In this document: piece after piece, positions 39,934-49,498 of the stretch | Numbering within the stretch: position 1 is the first letter of the stretch | How the letters are laid out: each line of letters opens with the position of its first letter | From: Fimbriimonadia bacterium | GTDB lineage: Bacteria; Armatimonadota; Fimbriimonadia; Fimbriimonadales; JABRVX01 | Assembly (NCBI GenBank): GCA_041483895.1 | Contig: JBGPGO010000003.1 | Span: forward strand, 64,001 to 128,000 | DNA: 64,000 nucleotides | Direction: 5' to 3' | Notes under the pieces: model-generated | What the model saw: only the letters and a program-made list of their open reading frames with translations | Database searches by the model: none | What the model was told of the DNA's origin: nothing | Position numbers and translations under genes: made by a program

Positions 39934-42567
39934 GTGCCCCAATTCAGCAAGTTCATCGTGTTCGTCATCGCGTCTGTAGCGCTCCTGGCTGCATCCCCCG
40001 CTCAGCGGCCCAACCCGAGGCCGGACCAAGGAGGAGGACCTCCCGCTTCCCGTCCAGGCGACCAAAAGCCCAAGCCGCCGGAGCCACCAAAGGATCGGCC
40101 GTTCGATGAAGTGATCAAGGACTACGAGAAGATAGAAGGCCAATTCACCCTCTATCGCAAGAAGAATCAGGTTTTCATGGAGGTCATGCCGAGCCAAGTA
40201 GGGCCGAATTTCCTTCTCCAGGCGACGCGAAGCACAGGCGCGGGAGACGGTGTGGTGGTGGCCGGCGACCCTATCAGCGACACTCTGTTCCATTTTGAGA
40301 AGCAGGACGACAGCCTCTACCTCCGCAGCCCGCAGTTCAAATTCAGGGGCCCGCATGGCACCCCGATAGAAAAAGCTATCGGACGCTCCTTCCCGGATGC
40401 AATCTTGTCCTCGATCAAAATCGAAGCCACACATCCGGAGCGCAAGAGTTATCTGATAGATGTCTCGCCGATGTTCATGGGCGATTTCGCGCAGATCAAC
40501 GCTTCCGTCGCGGGACTCGGTCCTCTCGTCCCGGACATGCAAAAGACGCGCATCGAAAAGATCAAGAACTTTCCGACCAACACGGTGGTCGAGACCGCCT
40601 ATCACTTCATGGCAGGCGGGCGCGGGCAGGCGCCACCCGGTTCCAGCGGCTTTGGCGGAGGAGCGGACTCGTTGGCCGACAGCCGCAGCTTCCCGATGAA
40701 AGTGGTCTTCAACCTTTTCAAACTTCCGGACAACAATTATATGCCCCGAATCGAAGACGACCGCGTCGGCTACTTCACCGTCGATTTCAAGGACTTCAGC
40801 GACGTTTCGAAGCGGGACATGAACAAGAGCTACATCCTCCGGTGGGATATGCGAAAAAAGGACCCGAAGGCAGACATGTCCCCGCCCGCCGAACCGATTG
40901 TGTTCTGGCTAGATAACGCGATACCGCTCGAATATAGGGATGCGGTGAAGAACGGCATCCTGTGGTGGAACAAAGCGTACGAAAAGATCGGCATCAAAGA
41001 TGCCATCGTGGTAAACCAGATGCCGGACAACGCGGATTGGGACACCGCCGACATGCGATACAACAAGATCCTTTGGGTGGAGTCGGAAGGCAGCCCTTAT
41101 GCGGTGGCGCAGTTTAGAAACAATCCGATCACCGGCCAGATACTCAACGCCGACATCACGATTGACGGCAGCTACGTGCAGGCGACGCTGCAGGAGTTCG
41201 CCAACTACGTGGTCCCCAACGCGGAACAAGAGACGCTGCCGAACGGCTACAACCGATGCGGCATGGGCGCGGAGAAGGTGCGGCAAGCCGAATTCGGGCT
41301 GTTGGCAATGGACCTATTGGCAGGCGCGCGAAAAGATATCAGTCACGAGCAGTTTATGAATGCGTTCCTTTCCGACACGATAGCGCACGAAATGGGGCAT
41401 GTGCTCGGTCTGCGGCACAATTTCATCGCGAGCACGGAGCTGGACGCGAAACAGCTCGCCGATCCGGCCGTGACCCGGGAGCGCGGCGTGGTCGCCTCCA
41501 TCATGGAATATGACCCGATCAACGTGTTCGCGTTGAAAGGGACGGGCGATCTTTACACGACGACGATCGGCCCCTACGACTACTGGGCCATCCAATATGG
41601 ATACGCGCCAATGCAGAATCTGACGCCGGAAGGCGAGCTGCCGGAGCTGAAGAAGATCGCCTCCCGATGCAACGAGGCGGGGCTGGCCTACCAGTCGGAC
41701 GAAAATGCCGACCGCTGGGATCCGAAGGTCCGGCGCTGGGACCTCGGCCTGGAGCCGATGGACTATTACAAAGAGCGCGCGGTCCTCGGCAAAGAGATGC
41801 TGCAATCTGTGGATCAGCGATTGCCCAAGTATGGGGAAGGCTACAAGGAGTTGGCGTTTGCCTATCTGGGAATTACCGGTGACTACTTCGGTTCGATGGG
41901 AGCCGTGGCGCGCGAGATTGGGGGCCTGAATGCGAACCGCAACCATAAAGGCGATTCCGACGAAAAGGACCCGCTCATTCCGGTATCCGCCGAGAAGCAG
42001 CGAGAGGCGCTCAAGACGATACTCGACGGTGTGTTTCGCGAAAACTCGATCACGGTCCGCACGGACCTGCTGACCAAGATCGCGCCAGAATTTCCGCACG
42101 ATATCATCGCGCTGATAATGGGCGCGAGCGACGAGTTTCCGGCCAAGGACCTGTTGCTGTCTCCGCAGACTTCACTGATGCGGCGGCTGTTCAGCGGGCC
42201 GACCCTGAAGCGTGTACTTAACAATGAGTTCAAGACGCCGAAGGATCCGTTCACGCTGCCGGAAATCTTCGACGGTTTTGACGGCGCTGTGTGGACGGAG
42301 GCGGTGGCGGGCAAGAACGTGTCCATGCTGCGACGTGGCCTGCAGCGGGCCTACGTGGATATGATGATCGATCTGTCCAATGCAAAGAGCGATATGCCGG
42401 ACGATGCGAAGGCGCTGGCGTGGGACGATCTGAAGAAGATCAAGTCCCGCCTGACGACCGCGCTCGCGAATCCAGCCAAGTACGACACCTACACGCGCGT
42501 GCACTTCGAACAGGCCCTGGCCCGCGTCACCAAAGCCCTCGACGCGCAGTTCGTGACGGGAGGGTAG
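39934..42567 (+). CDS. Exported zinc metalloprotease (DUF5117/DUF4953, EcxA-like)
   Basis: PRIEDDRVGYF, AHEMGHVLGLRHNF, SIMEY, GPYDYWAIQYGY. Confidence 0.92.
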   Translation: MPQFSKFIVFVIASVALLAASPAQRPNPRPDQGGGPPASRPGDQKPKPPEPPKDRPFDEVIKDYEKIEGQFTLYRKKNQVFMEVMPSQVGPNFLLQATRSTGAGDGVVVAGDPISDTLFHFEKQDDSLYLRSPQFKFRGPHGTPIEKAIGRSFPDAILSSIKIEATHPERKSYLIDVSPMFMGDFAQINASVAGLGPLVPDMQKTRIEKIKNFPTNTVVETAYHFMAGGRGQAPPGSSGFGGGADSLADSRSFPMKVVFNLFKLPDNNYMPRIEDDRVGYFTVDFKDFSDVSKRDMNKSYILRWDMRKKDPKADMSPPAEPIVFWLDNAIPLEYRDAVKNGILWWNKAYEKIGIKDAIVVNQMPDNADWDTADMRYNKILWVESEGSPYAVAQFRNNPITGQILNADITIDGSYVQATLQEFANYVVPNAEQETLPNGYNRCGMGAEKVRQAEFGLLAMDLLAGARKDISHEQFMNAFLSDTIAHEMGHVLGLRHNFIASTELDAKQLADPAVTRERGVVASIMEYDPINVFALKGTGDLYTTTIGPYDYWAIQYGYAPMQNLTPEGELPELKKIASRCNEAGLAYQSDENADRWDPKVRRWDLGLEPMDYYKERAVLGKEMLQSVDQRLPKYGEGYKELAFAYLGITGDYFGSMGAVAREIGGLNANRNHKGDSDEKDPLIPVSAEKQREALKTILDGVFRENSITVRTDLLTKIAPEFPHDIIALIMGASDEFPAKDLLLSPQTSLMRRLFSGPTLKRVLNNEFKTPKDPFTLPEIFDGFDGAVWTEAVAGKNVSMLRRGLQRAYVDMMIDLSNAKSDMPDDAKALAWDDLKKIKSRLTTALANPAKYDTYTRVHFEQALARVTKALDAQFVTGG

Positions 42568-42598
42568 TCAACGACTTTGTCAGTCGGCGAGCATATTT

Positions 42599-42630
42599 GT
42601 AGCCGTGGCTGCCTTCATAGGCAGGCCACG
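42599..42630 (+). repeat. GTAG-tagged REP-like hairpin
   Basis: GTAGC-CGTGGCTGCCT-TCAT-AGGCAGGCCACG. Confidence 0.6.
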
Positions 42631-42781
42631 TCCACGGGCTTCGAGAGTCTGGGGAAGTGCCGCTGGAACCGACGACGCAGGTCATTGGCGTGGAAGTCGC
42701 CACTTCGCCGAGGGGCACGGCCGGGAGACCGGATAGAGATTGGCGCGTGGCGAGACACCACGGCGCATCGGATGGGGCGAC

Positions 42782-43144
42782 CTAGTTGTGGGACTTTTCC
42801 AGGTTCTCGTAAGCTCGCTTGAGGCGCTTGACCAACAGCCAAGTCCTAGCGACCACTAGGGCAGTGATTATAAGGGCGACACCGCCGACAATCAACGAGA
42901 AAGTCCGGAGGGCAAGTGATCCGCTATCGTAAGTGATGCGTGCGGCTGCGGCGATCCCTGGCATGAGAGCGATCCAGATGGCTGTAATTGTCCAATCAGA
43001 CACTCGCCTCGCCAGGGAAGTTAGTTCGTCCTCGGATATTCGCGCGGGAGTAGACCGTAGACCGACCGCAAGTTCCTTCAGAATCATTAACGCGGCACAC
43101 ATCGCGCATAGCGCCCCAGCAAGCAGACAAACCCAGTAGAACAT
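42782..43144 (-). CDS. Small hypothetical membrane protein
   Basis: Three hydrophobic segments; AGGAG SD; AT-richer. Confidence 0.65.
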   Translation of the reverse strand: MFYWVCLLAGALCAMCAALMILKELAVGLRSTPARISEDELTSLARRVSDWTITAIWIALMPGIAAAARITYDSGSLALRTFSLIVGGVALIITALVVARTWLLVKRLKRAYENLEKSHN

Positions 43145-43203
43145 GGCATACTCCTAACGGTGTGCTCTGACAAACACCACGACGTATCTATGCGCTAGGT
43201 GCT

Positions 43204-43440
43204 TCATTTGTTTCGCGTGATCAGAAGTTGTATTAAGACAACTGTTATCCCCATTGATATCGCCAAGCCAGTCAACAAGTTCGCCCAGCGCATGCCCAAT
43301 TCGGTTGTGGCTTCGACTGACAGCTGAAGGTTTCGGGAGCGATTTAGATGTCGCATCAACCATGGAAAGAACCGTGATGCTGCTAGACGGACGATCCAGA
43401 CAATCACCGCCCAAACTATCACAAATAATACTACATCCAT
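43204..43440 (-). CDS. Small hypothetical membrane protein
   Basis: Two hydrophobic segments; AT-richer. Confidence 0.55.
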   Translation of the reverse strand: MDVVLFVIVWAVIVWIVRLAASRFFPWLMRHLNRSRNLQLSVEATTELGMRWANLLTGLAISMGITVVLIQLLITRNK

Positions 43441-43473
43441 TTCATACGCTCAGTTTCTGTTTTATTGTTTTTC

Positions 43474-43500
43474 ATCCCTTCACAGTCGCACTGCGAAGGG
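43474..43500. repeat. Dispersed palindrome family, copy 3
   Basis: Reverse complement CCCTTCGCAGT-GCG-ACTGTGAAGGGAT is nearly identical to copy 1. Confidence 0.8.
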
Positions 43501-43509
43501 GCCGTGACG

Positions 43510-44610
43510 CTAACCTTCCAACTCCGCCATAAAGTCCGGGAAGTAGTGGCGGCTGTCCCATGGGCCAGGGGCGGCCTCGGGGTGGTACTGGATGCACAGG
43601 AGCCGCAACTCACGATGGCGGAACCCTTCCACCGAGCCGTCCGTTACATGTTCCTCCGTGATCTCCGCGCCGGCCCCCGATAGGCTGTCCGCCACCACCG
43701 CATAGCCATGATTTTGCGATGTGATGTTTACGCAGCCGGTCTCCAATATCCGCACAGGATGGTTGCTGCCATGATGCCCGAACTTCAGCTTCTCTGTCCG
43801 CCCGCCCAGCGCGATCGCGGACAACTGATGCCCGAGGCAAATTCCCAAGATCGGTTTCTTTCCCATCAGGCCCTGCACAGTTTTCACGATGGACGAGAGC
43901 CGCTCCGGATCGCCCGGCCCGGGGGACAACACGATGCCGTCGGCGGGCAGCGAAAGGATCTCCTCGGCGGATGTGTCGCAGGGCATCACAAGCGATCGAC
44001 ACCTGGCGGCGGCCAACCGGCGAAGGATATTGAACTTGGTCCCGCAATCCAGAACCACCACCCGCCGCTTGCTATCCCCGCCATACGGCTCAAACGGCTC
44101 CCGCCCGTCCCGATCCCATACGAACGGCTCGTCGGTCGAGACCTCGCTCACATAGTCCTGCTCGCCATAATCTCTCTCGCCGCGAAGCCGCGCCAGCGCC
44201 TGTTCTACCGTCTCGTCGGAGGTGATGGTGGCCATCATCGCCCCGCCCTCTCGAATGCGGCAAGTCACCGCCCGCGTGTCCACACCCTGGATCGCCACCA
44301 CGCCCTGGTCTGCCAAATACTGTGGCAGCGTCCATCGCGAGCGCCAGTTCGACGGCTCCCCGCACGCCTGATGAACAACAATGCCACGCGGCCGCACGGC
44401 AACGCTTTCGAAATCATCTTCATTGATTCCGTAGTTGCCAATAAGGGGATAGGTGAAGACCACGATCTGTCCGGCATAGCTGGGGTCGGTCAGGACCTCT
44501 TGATAGCCGGTCATCGCGGTAACGAATACGATCTCGCCGGTCGTCCGCCCGGCCACTCCGAGGGACTCTCCGGCGAACGCCTCGCCGGATTCCAGCACCA
44601 AAAGGCTCAT
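43510..44610 (-). CDS. carA: Carbamoyl-phosphate synthase small subunit
   Basis: GYQEVLTDPSY, LSPGPGDP, GICLGHQ, TSQNHG, QYHPEAAPGP. Confidence 0.97.
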   Translation of the reverse strand: MSLLVLESGEAFAGESLGVAGRTTGEIVFVTAMTGYQEVLTDPSYAGQIVVFTYPLIGNYGINEDDFESVAVRPRGIVVHQACGEPSNWRSRWTLPQYLADQGVVAIQGVDTRAVTCRIREGGAMMATITSDETVEQALARLRGERDYGEQDYVSEVSTDEPFVWDRDGREPFEPYGGDSKRRVVVLDCGTKFNILRRLAAARCRSLVMPCDTSAEEILSLPADGIVLSPGPGDPERLSSIVKTVQGLMGKKPILGICLGHQLSAIALGGRTEKLKFGHHGSNHPVRILETGCVNITSQNHGYAVVADSLSGAGAEITEEHVTDGSVEGFRHRELRLLCIQYHPEAAPGPWDSRHYFPDFMAELEG

Positions 44611-45923
44611 TTTGCCTTCACGCGCTTGTCCATCACGGTGTCGCGATACACCTCGCCTCCGCAGAAGGTCATCACGGCCTTGCCTTTCAGCGCCCATCCG
44701 TTAAATGGGCTGTTGCGGCTTTTGGAGAAGGTCTTTCGCACGTCGAAGGTCCATTCGAGATCGGGATCGATCAGGGTGACCTGCGCCCACGGCACCTCAC
44801 CGGGTTTCAACGTTCCACCGGCAAGAGAAAACGCCGACGCTGGGCTTGTGCTCATGGCTTTTATCGTCGCGAGCGGCGAGAGGATGCCCTTATGCGTTAT
44901 CTGCGTGAGAATAATTCCCACCGCGCTCTCCAACCCGACGATTCCGAACGGCGCTTCCGCAAACGGGAGCTGCTTTTCGTGTATCGCGTGCGGAGCGTGG
45001 TCCGTTGCAATGCAATCGATGACGCCGTCCGCCAATGCCTGACGCAATGCCTCGACATCCTGCTGCGTCCGCAGCGGCGGGTTCATTTTGCAGTTCGTGT
45101 TGAAGCCGTCCACCGCCTCATCCGTCAATGCCAAATGATGGGGGCTGACCTCCGCCGTAACCGGCGCGCCCAGCTGCTTGGCTTTGCTGATCGTCTCCAC
45201 GGCTCCCCAGGTGCTCACATGCAAAATGTGCAGCCGGCAGCCGGACGAAATGCTTAGGATACAGTTGCGAGCAACCTGGATGTCCTCAGCGGTGCGCGGC
45301 ATCCCCTTCAGCCCCAATATCGCGCTCATCGATCCTTCGTTGAGACTGCCGGCCTTGGTCATCGAGGTCTCTTCGCAATGGGTGGCGATGGGCAGGTCCA
45401 GCATCTTGCAATACACCATCGCCTGCATCATCGTTTGACTGTTCTGGATCGGGAATGCGTCGTCGGTCACCGCCACAACCCCGGCGTCCTTCATCGAGGC
45501 AATTTCGGCAATCTGATCGCCGCACATGTTCTTGGTGAGCGCGCCGAGCGGATGCACGAAGATGCCGCCGCTTTCCGTGTTTGCCGCGCGGGCTAGGACA
45601 TATTCGATCATCGCGCGATTGTCCAGGGGCGGATCGGTGTTCGGCATGCAGCAGATGGTGGTGAACCCACCGGCCGCCGCCGCCTGTGTACCCGTCGAAA
45701 TCGTTTCTTTATATTCGTGGCCGGGTTCACGCAGATGGGTGTGCAGATCGATGAGTCCGGGGCATACCCACAGACCGGTGCAGTCGATCACCGTGTCAAC
45801 GGAATCTTCGGAGACCGAGGTGAGCAGTTCTGAAATCTGATCCGCCACAATCAGCAGGTCGCCGACCTGATCGAGATTTTGAGACGGGTCGAGAATTCTG
45901 CCGCCCTTTAGCAGCACTCTCAT
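44607..45923 (-). CDS. pyrC: Dihydroorotase
   Basis: DLHTHLREPG, MPNTDP, KMNPPLR, ATDHAPH, SKSRNSPF. Confidence 0.97.
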   Translation of the reverse strand: MRVLLKGGRILDPSQNLDQVGDLLIVADQISELLTSVSEDSVDTVIDCTGLWVCPGLIDLHTHLREPGHEYKETISTGTQAAAAGGFTTICCMPNTDPPLDNRAMIEYVLARAANTESGGIFVHPLGALTKNMCGDQIAEIASMKDAGVVAVTDDAFPIQNSQTMMQAMVYCKMLDLPIATHCEETSMTKAGSLNEGSMSAILGLKGMPRTAEDIQVARNCILSISSGCRLHILHVSTWGAVETISKAKQLGAPVTAEVSPHHLALTDEAVDGFNTNCKMNPPLRTQQDVEALRQALADGVIDCIATDHAPHAIHEKQLPFAEAPFGIVGLESAVGIILTQITHKGILSPLATIKAMSTSPASAFSLAGGTLKPGEVPWAQVTLIDPDLEWTFDVRKTFSKSRNSPFNGWALKGKAVMTFCGGEVYRDTVMDKRVKAK

Positions 45924-46831
45924 GCGTCCCCCCGCAGCTCTTCGAATTCGCGCGCCAGTACGGCCATGCGCACATACACCCCGTTTTCCACTTGCTCATG
46001 AATAGTCGAATTCTGGAAGTCGGCGGCGAAGTTATCCAGCTCCACGCCCCGATTCATTGGTCCCGGATGCATCACGAGCGCGTCCTCTTTTGCGAAGGTC
46101 AAGGATGTCCGATTGATTTGAAAATGATCGATATATTCCGCGATACTGCCGAGGTCCTGGCCGTTGATCCGTTCCCGCTGTATGCGCAGGGCCATCACCA
46201 CGTCGGCATCGGCCAGACCAGCGGCCAAGTTGTCGTACACTTCCACGGGAAAAGCGCTGGGGTCTTTGGGCAGCATCGTCGCGGGCGCCACAAACCTGAC
46301 ACGCGCTCCCATCTTGGTCAAGCACCAAGCATTGGATCGCGCGACGCGGCTATGGATGATATCTCCGACGATGGCGATGGTAAGCCCGTCCGCTTTGCTC
46401 TTTCGTGACAAAATCGTCATGAGGTCTGCGAGGGCTTGGGTGGGATGTTCGTGGCACCCGTCCCCGGCGTTCACGATTGAGCCATTGAACACCTCCGCTG
46501 CCTGGTGCGGCGCTCCGGCTTCAAAATGCCGGATTACGAGGCAATCAACCCCTTCATGATCGAGCGTCATCACCGTATCTCGGAAGGACTCCCCTTTGGG
46601 CACCGAGCTGGTTGCGGGAGCGATGTAGGTACAGGACATGCCAAGCTTCCGGGCCGCGCGTTCGAACGACATTCGGGTTCTCGTGCTTCCTTCGAAAAAC
46701 AGCAGGCAGACCGCGCCATCGATTTGCGGAACCGGCTCACCGTTGCTGGCCGCGTGACGGTACTTCGTCGCCAAATCCATAATTGCCTGAATGTCCTGGC
46801 GGGGAAGGTGCCGCGTGCCGAGCATACTCAT
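45920..46831 (-). CDS. pyrB: Aspartate carbamoyltransferase catalytic subunit
   Basis: FFEGSTRTR, NAGDGCHEHPTQ, HSRVARS, HPGPMNRG. Confidence 0.97.
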   Translation of the reverse strand: MSMLGTRHLPRQDIQAIMDLATKYRHAASNGEPVPQIDGAVCLLFFEGSTRTRMSFERAARKLGMSCTYIAPATSSVPKGESFRDTVMTLDHEGVDCLVIRHFEAGAPHQAAEVFNGSIVNAGDGCHEHPTQALADLMTILSRKSKADGLTIAIVGDIIHSRVARSNAWCLTKMGARVRFVAPATMLPKDPSAFPVEVYDNLAAGLADADVVMALRIQRERINGQDLGSIAEYIDHFQINRTSLTFAKEDALVMHPGPMNRGVELDNFAADFQNSTIHEQVENGVYVRMAVLAREFEELRGDA

Positions 46832-47370
46832 ACTTTAAGCTCTCTCTTCTTCACTACCACCCCATCGCGGCCGTCCAACTCCTGCAGTTCCACCAAAACG
46901 AAGTCATCCGGTTCGGTGGCGATCGTCCGGCCGGTGTAATCAGGATGAATGGGCAGCTCGCGGTGCCCTCGGTCGACCAGCGCGACCAGCTGAACGGATG
47001 CGGGCCGTCCGTGGACGATGAGGCTGTCCATGGCCGCCCGGATGGTACGTCCCGTGTAGATCACTTCATCCACCAAAATAACTTTCCGTCCCGCGATCTC
47101 GAACGGTATCTCGCTCTCGTCCTTCGCGGTCAGGTCTTGCAGGCGATCATCCCGATAGGGCCGGGGGTCGATGGTCCCGACCGGTATCGCGCCCCCTTCA
47201 ATCTTCGCCAGCTCAAATGCGAGGCGCTTGGCTACGGGCGCTCCCCGGCGCAGGATGCCGATGACCACCATGTCCTTGGAGCCACGATTGCGCTCGAGCA
47301 CCTCATGGGCGATTCGGGAGATCGTCCGTCGCAGATCATCGGCGGTCATGGCGGCGCCTTCTGCGCTCAC
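46828..47370 (-). CDS. pyrR: Pyrimidine operon regulator / uracil phosphoribosyltransferase PyrR
   Basis: RIAHEVLERN, YRDD, LVDEVIYTGRTIRAA, DRGHRELPI. Confidence 0.96.
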   Translation of the reverse strand: MSAEGAAMTADDLRRTISRIAHEVLERNRGSKDMVVIGILRRGAPVAKRLAFELAKIEGGAIPVGTIDPRPYRDDRLQDLTAKDESEIPFEIAGRKVILVDEVIYTGRTIRAAMDSLIVHGRPASVQLVALVDRGHRELPIHPDYTGRTIATEPDDFVLVELQELDGRDGVVVKKRELKV

Positions 47371-47534
47371 AGACAGGCCAGGGCGCGCCGATCGAATTGT
47401 TGTGGGATGTGCGCCATACGTTAGCTGGAAGTATACTCAATCCCGCAATTCCCCCACACGCTCGCGCAGGGAAAGAAAAACATGCCATAATCATCGTTCG
47501 CGCGAAATGCAGAAAGCCCCGGAGGAAAGTTAGC

Positions 47535-49361
47535 TTGGCTACAACCGTACCGGCAGCCAGTCCGGCCGAAGCCCTCGGCCGCGACTATGCCGACAGACTG
47601 ATTTTGACCGCCATCAGCGAGCTGGGTGGGGTTGCCCGTGTCAGCGACATCGCGGAGCATCTGCCGGGCAGCGGCTTGGACGCCACGACAATCCATACAC
47701 TGATGGCGACGAACCCGACCCGGTTCGCCTACCACGATCGCCGATGGAGCGCGGCGATCGGAACCCCGGAACCGAACACGGCGGTCGCGACGGCGGCGCT
47801 GGGACTAATCCGAGGATATGGCGCGCCCATGTCCGTCGCTCAGCTTGCCATCGAGTTGGGAAACCATTACAATCGAATTCCCGAACACTTCGAGGAGATG
47901 CTGCCACGCCTCGTTAAATCCGATCCCAATCTGCTTCTTTCATCGGACAACCATGTGGGTCTCGCCGAGTGGCTCTTCATACCAGAGGGCTGGAACGATG
48001 ACGACAACCTGTTCTACAACAACCTGACGCGCGGCGAGATCGATGCCGTGAAAGACGCGGCGAAGGGCATCAATTGGAAGAAGGACGATGCGCCGCTGCT
48101 GTTCCTCCGCAAGGTGGGGCAACCCGTCCGCTCCACGATCATTGGGTACTTCGCCTGTCAAGCGCTCAATGCGCCGGACCCCTACGAGCCACAGCTCTAC
48201 GATCCTGTTGAGGTTTTTAACACGGTCAACAACTCCGGCGAATTCATTTTTGGCACGGACGGGCTTTGGCACCCTGCCACCGATACCAAGGACTGGCTGA
48301 AGGCAGCCGGCAAGCTGGCCCACAAGCTGGAGCCTAGCGTCGAGATCGAGGACACGCCGCCGCTCGAGGTCAAGTCGGCAGAGATCGACAAGATGGTCAA
48401 GATCATCTTGGGCAAGGTCACAGCCACCCGCGCCACCGATCTGCTCAAGCAGATGTATGATGTCGGCCTGGGCGACCGCAGCTATCCGGAAGACCTTCGG
48501 ACGGTTACCGATGGCTTGGAGGCGCGAGACGAGATCCTATGGGTCGGCGGAGAGCTGTTCCGCAAGCCTGGTTCGGAGCCGCCGTACGTCCACGAGGTGC
48601 CCGAGGCCCTTCAATACGAAGAGCACAAGTTCCTTGACGACGACGGCGAGATTATCGATTTGGAGCTTACTGTCGAGGCCTTCTCGTCCTCGCTTCGCAA
48701 GGAGCTCGGACACGCGCTGGTGCAGGACGTTTTGGATGACGAGCCCGGTCCGGTCCACAAGCACCTATCGGACGAGGTTCGGTGCGTGGTGAAGGCCCAC
48801 CACAAGGAGCTCGGCACCTTCCCGCTGGCGCAAATCCCAAACGGTTGGCTGCCGCTGGATCCGGAACTGCAGGAGCTGGTTCTGGAAGATACCAAGGGCC
48901 GGGAGCTGTCGGTCTGGGTGAACTTGGACATTCGGCTGATGTTCGGCATGTTGAATTGGTATATGGAGCAGGAGATCGAATCGGGCAGCGTGTTCGTGCT
49001 GCACAAGACCGATAGTCCATCGCGCCTGATGTTCCGATGGGCGGAGGAGCCGGACCCGCTCTGCTTCATATCTTCCCAGCGAATGGAGGATCTTCGGATT
49101 CTGCAGGAGCGCGTGGATGAAATGTCCACCTTCGAGATTTTGACGGAGATCATGAGCCACTACAACAAAGGGGCGGACCTGATCACGATTGTGACGGAAT
49201 GCAACGTGGTACGCCGCGCTCGGCGGAACCTGATCGCGTCGATTTTGACGGGATACCATTGTTTCTATCAGCGCGCTGGCTCTCCCGTCTGGCACTATGA
49301 TGCGAAGAAGGTAGTCCAAGGCGCCGATAAGTCAAAGAGGAAGTACGCTGTAAAGAAGTAA
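47535..49361 (+). CDS. Conserved-looking hypothetical cytoplasmic protein (~608 aa)
   Basis: Native GC-rich codon usage; GGAGG before TTG 47535; no family recognised. Confidence 0.8.
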   Translation: MATTVPAASPAEALGRDYADRLILTAISELGGVARVSDIAEHLPGSGLDATTIHTLMATNPTRFAYHDRRWSAAIGTPEPNTAVATAALGLIRGYGAPMSVAQLAIELGNHYNRIPEHFEEMLPRLVKSDPNLLLSSDNHVGLAEWLFIPEGWNDDDNLFYNNLTRGEIDAVKDAAKGINWKKDDAPLLFLRKVGQPVRSTIIGYFACQALNAPDPYEPQLYDPVEVFNTVNNSGEFIFGTDGLWHPATDTKDWLKAAGKLAHKLEPSVEIEDTPPLEVKSAEIDKMVKIILGKVTATRATDLLKQMYDVGLGDRSYPEDLRTVTDGLEARDEILWVGGELFRKPGSEPPYVHEVPEALQYEEHKFLDDDGEIIDLELTVEAFSSSLRKELGHALVQDVLDDEPGPVHKHLSDEVRCVVKAHHKELGTFPLAQIPNGWLPLDPELQELVLEDTKGRELSVWVNLDIRLMFGMLNWYMEQEIESGSVFVLHKTDSPSRLMFRWAEEPDPLCFISSQRMEDLRILQERVDEMSTFEILTEIMSHYNKGADLITIVTECNVVRRARRNLIASILTGYHCFYQRAGSPVWHYDAKKVVQGADKSKRKYAVKK

Positions 49362-49388
49362 CGCTGGCTTCCAGCCGGCAGAGAATTT

Positions 49389-49427
49389 TTCATATCCCTC
49401 AACAATCACTTTGTTGAGGGATATGAA
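49389..49427. repeat. Dispersed palindrome family, copy 4
   Basis: TTCATATCCCTCAACAA-TCACT-TTGTTGAGGGATATGAA, perfect 17-bp arms. Confidence 0.8.
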
Positions 49428-49482
49428 GTAGCCGTGGGTCGGATTGGCAATAACTAGCACTTGGAGACCACCAAGACCCACG
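49428..49482 (+). repeat. Diverged copy of the RAYT-flanking REP unit
   Basis: GTAGCCGTGGGTC..CAATAACT..GACCACCAAGACCCACG. Confidence 0.7.
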
Positions 49483-49498
49483 CAAATGAGGAGAATGA

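Noticed and set aside
43708..45042. Long antisense ORFs (also 1764..3194, 9776..10921, 29775..30983, 58860..60158)
   Set aside because: Typical high-GC shadows opposite well-supported genes.
47371..47534. PyrR attenuator upstream of pyrR
   Set aside because: I could not find a PyrR-binding loop or a terminator/antiterminator pair.
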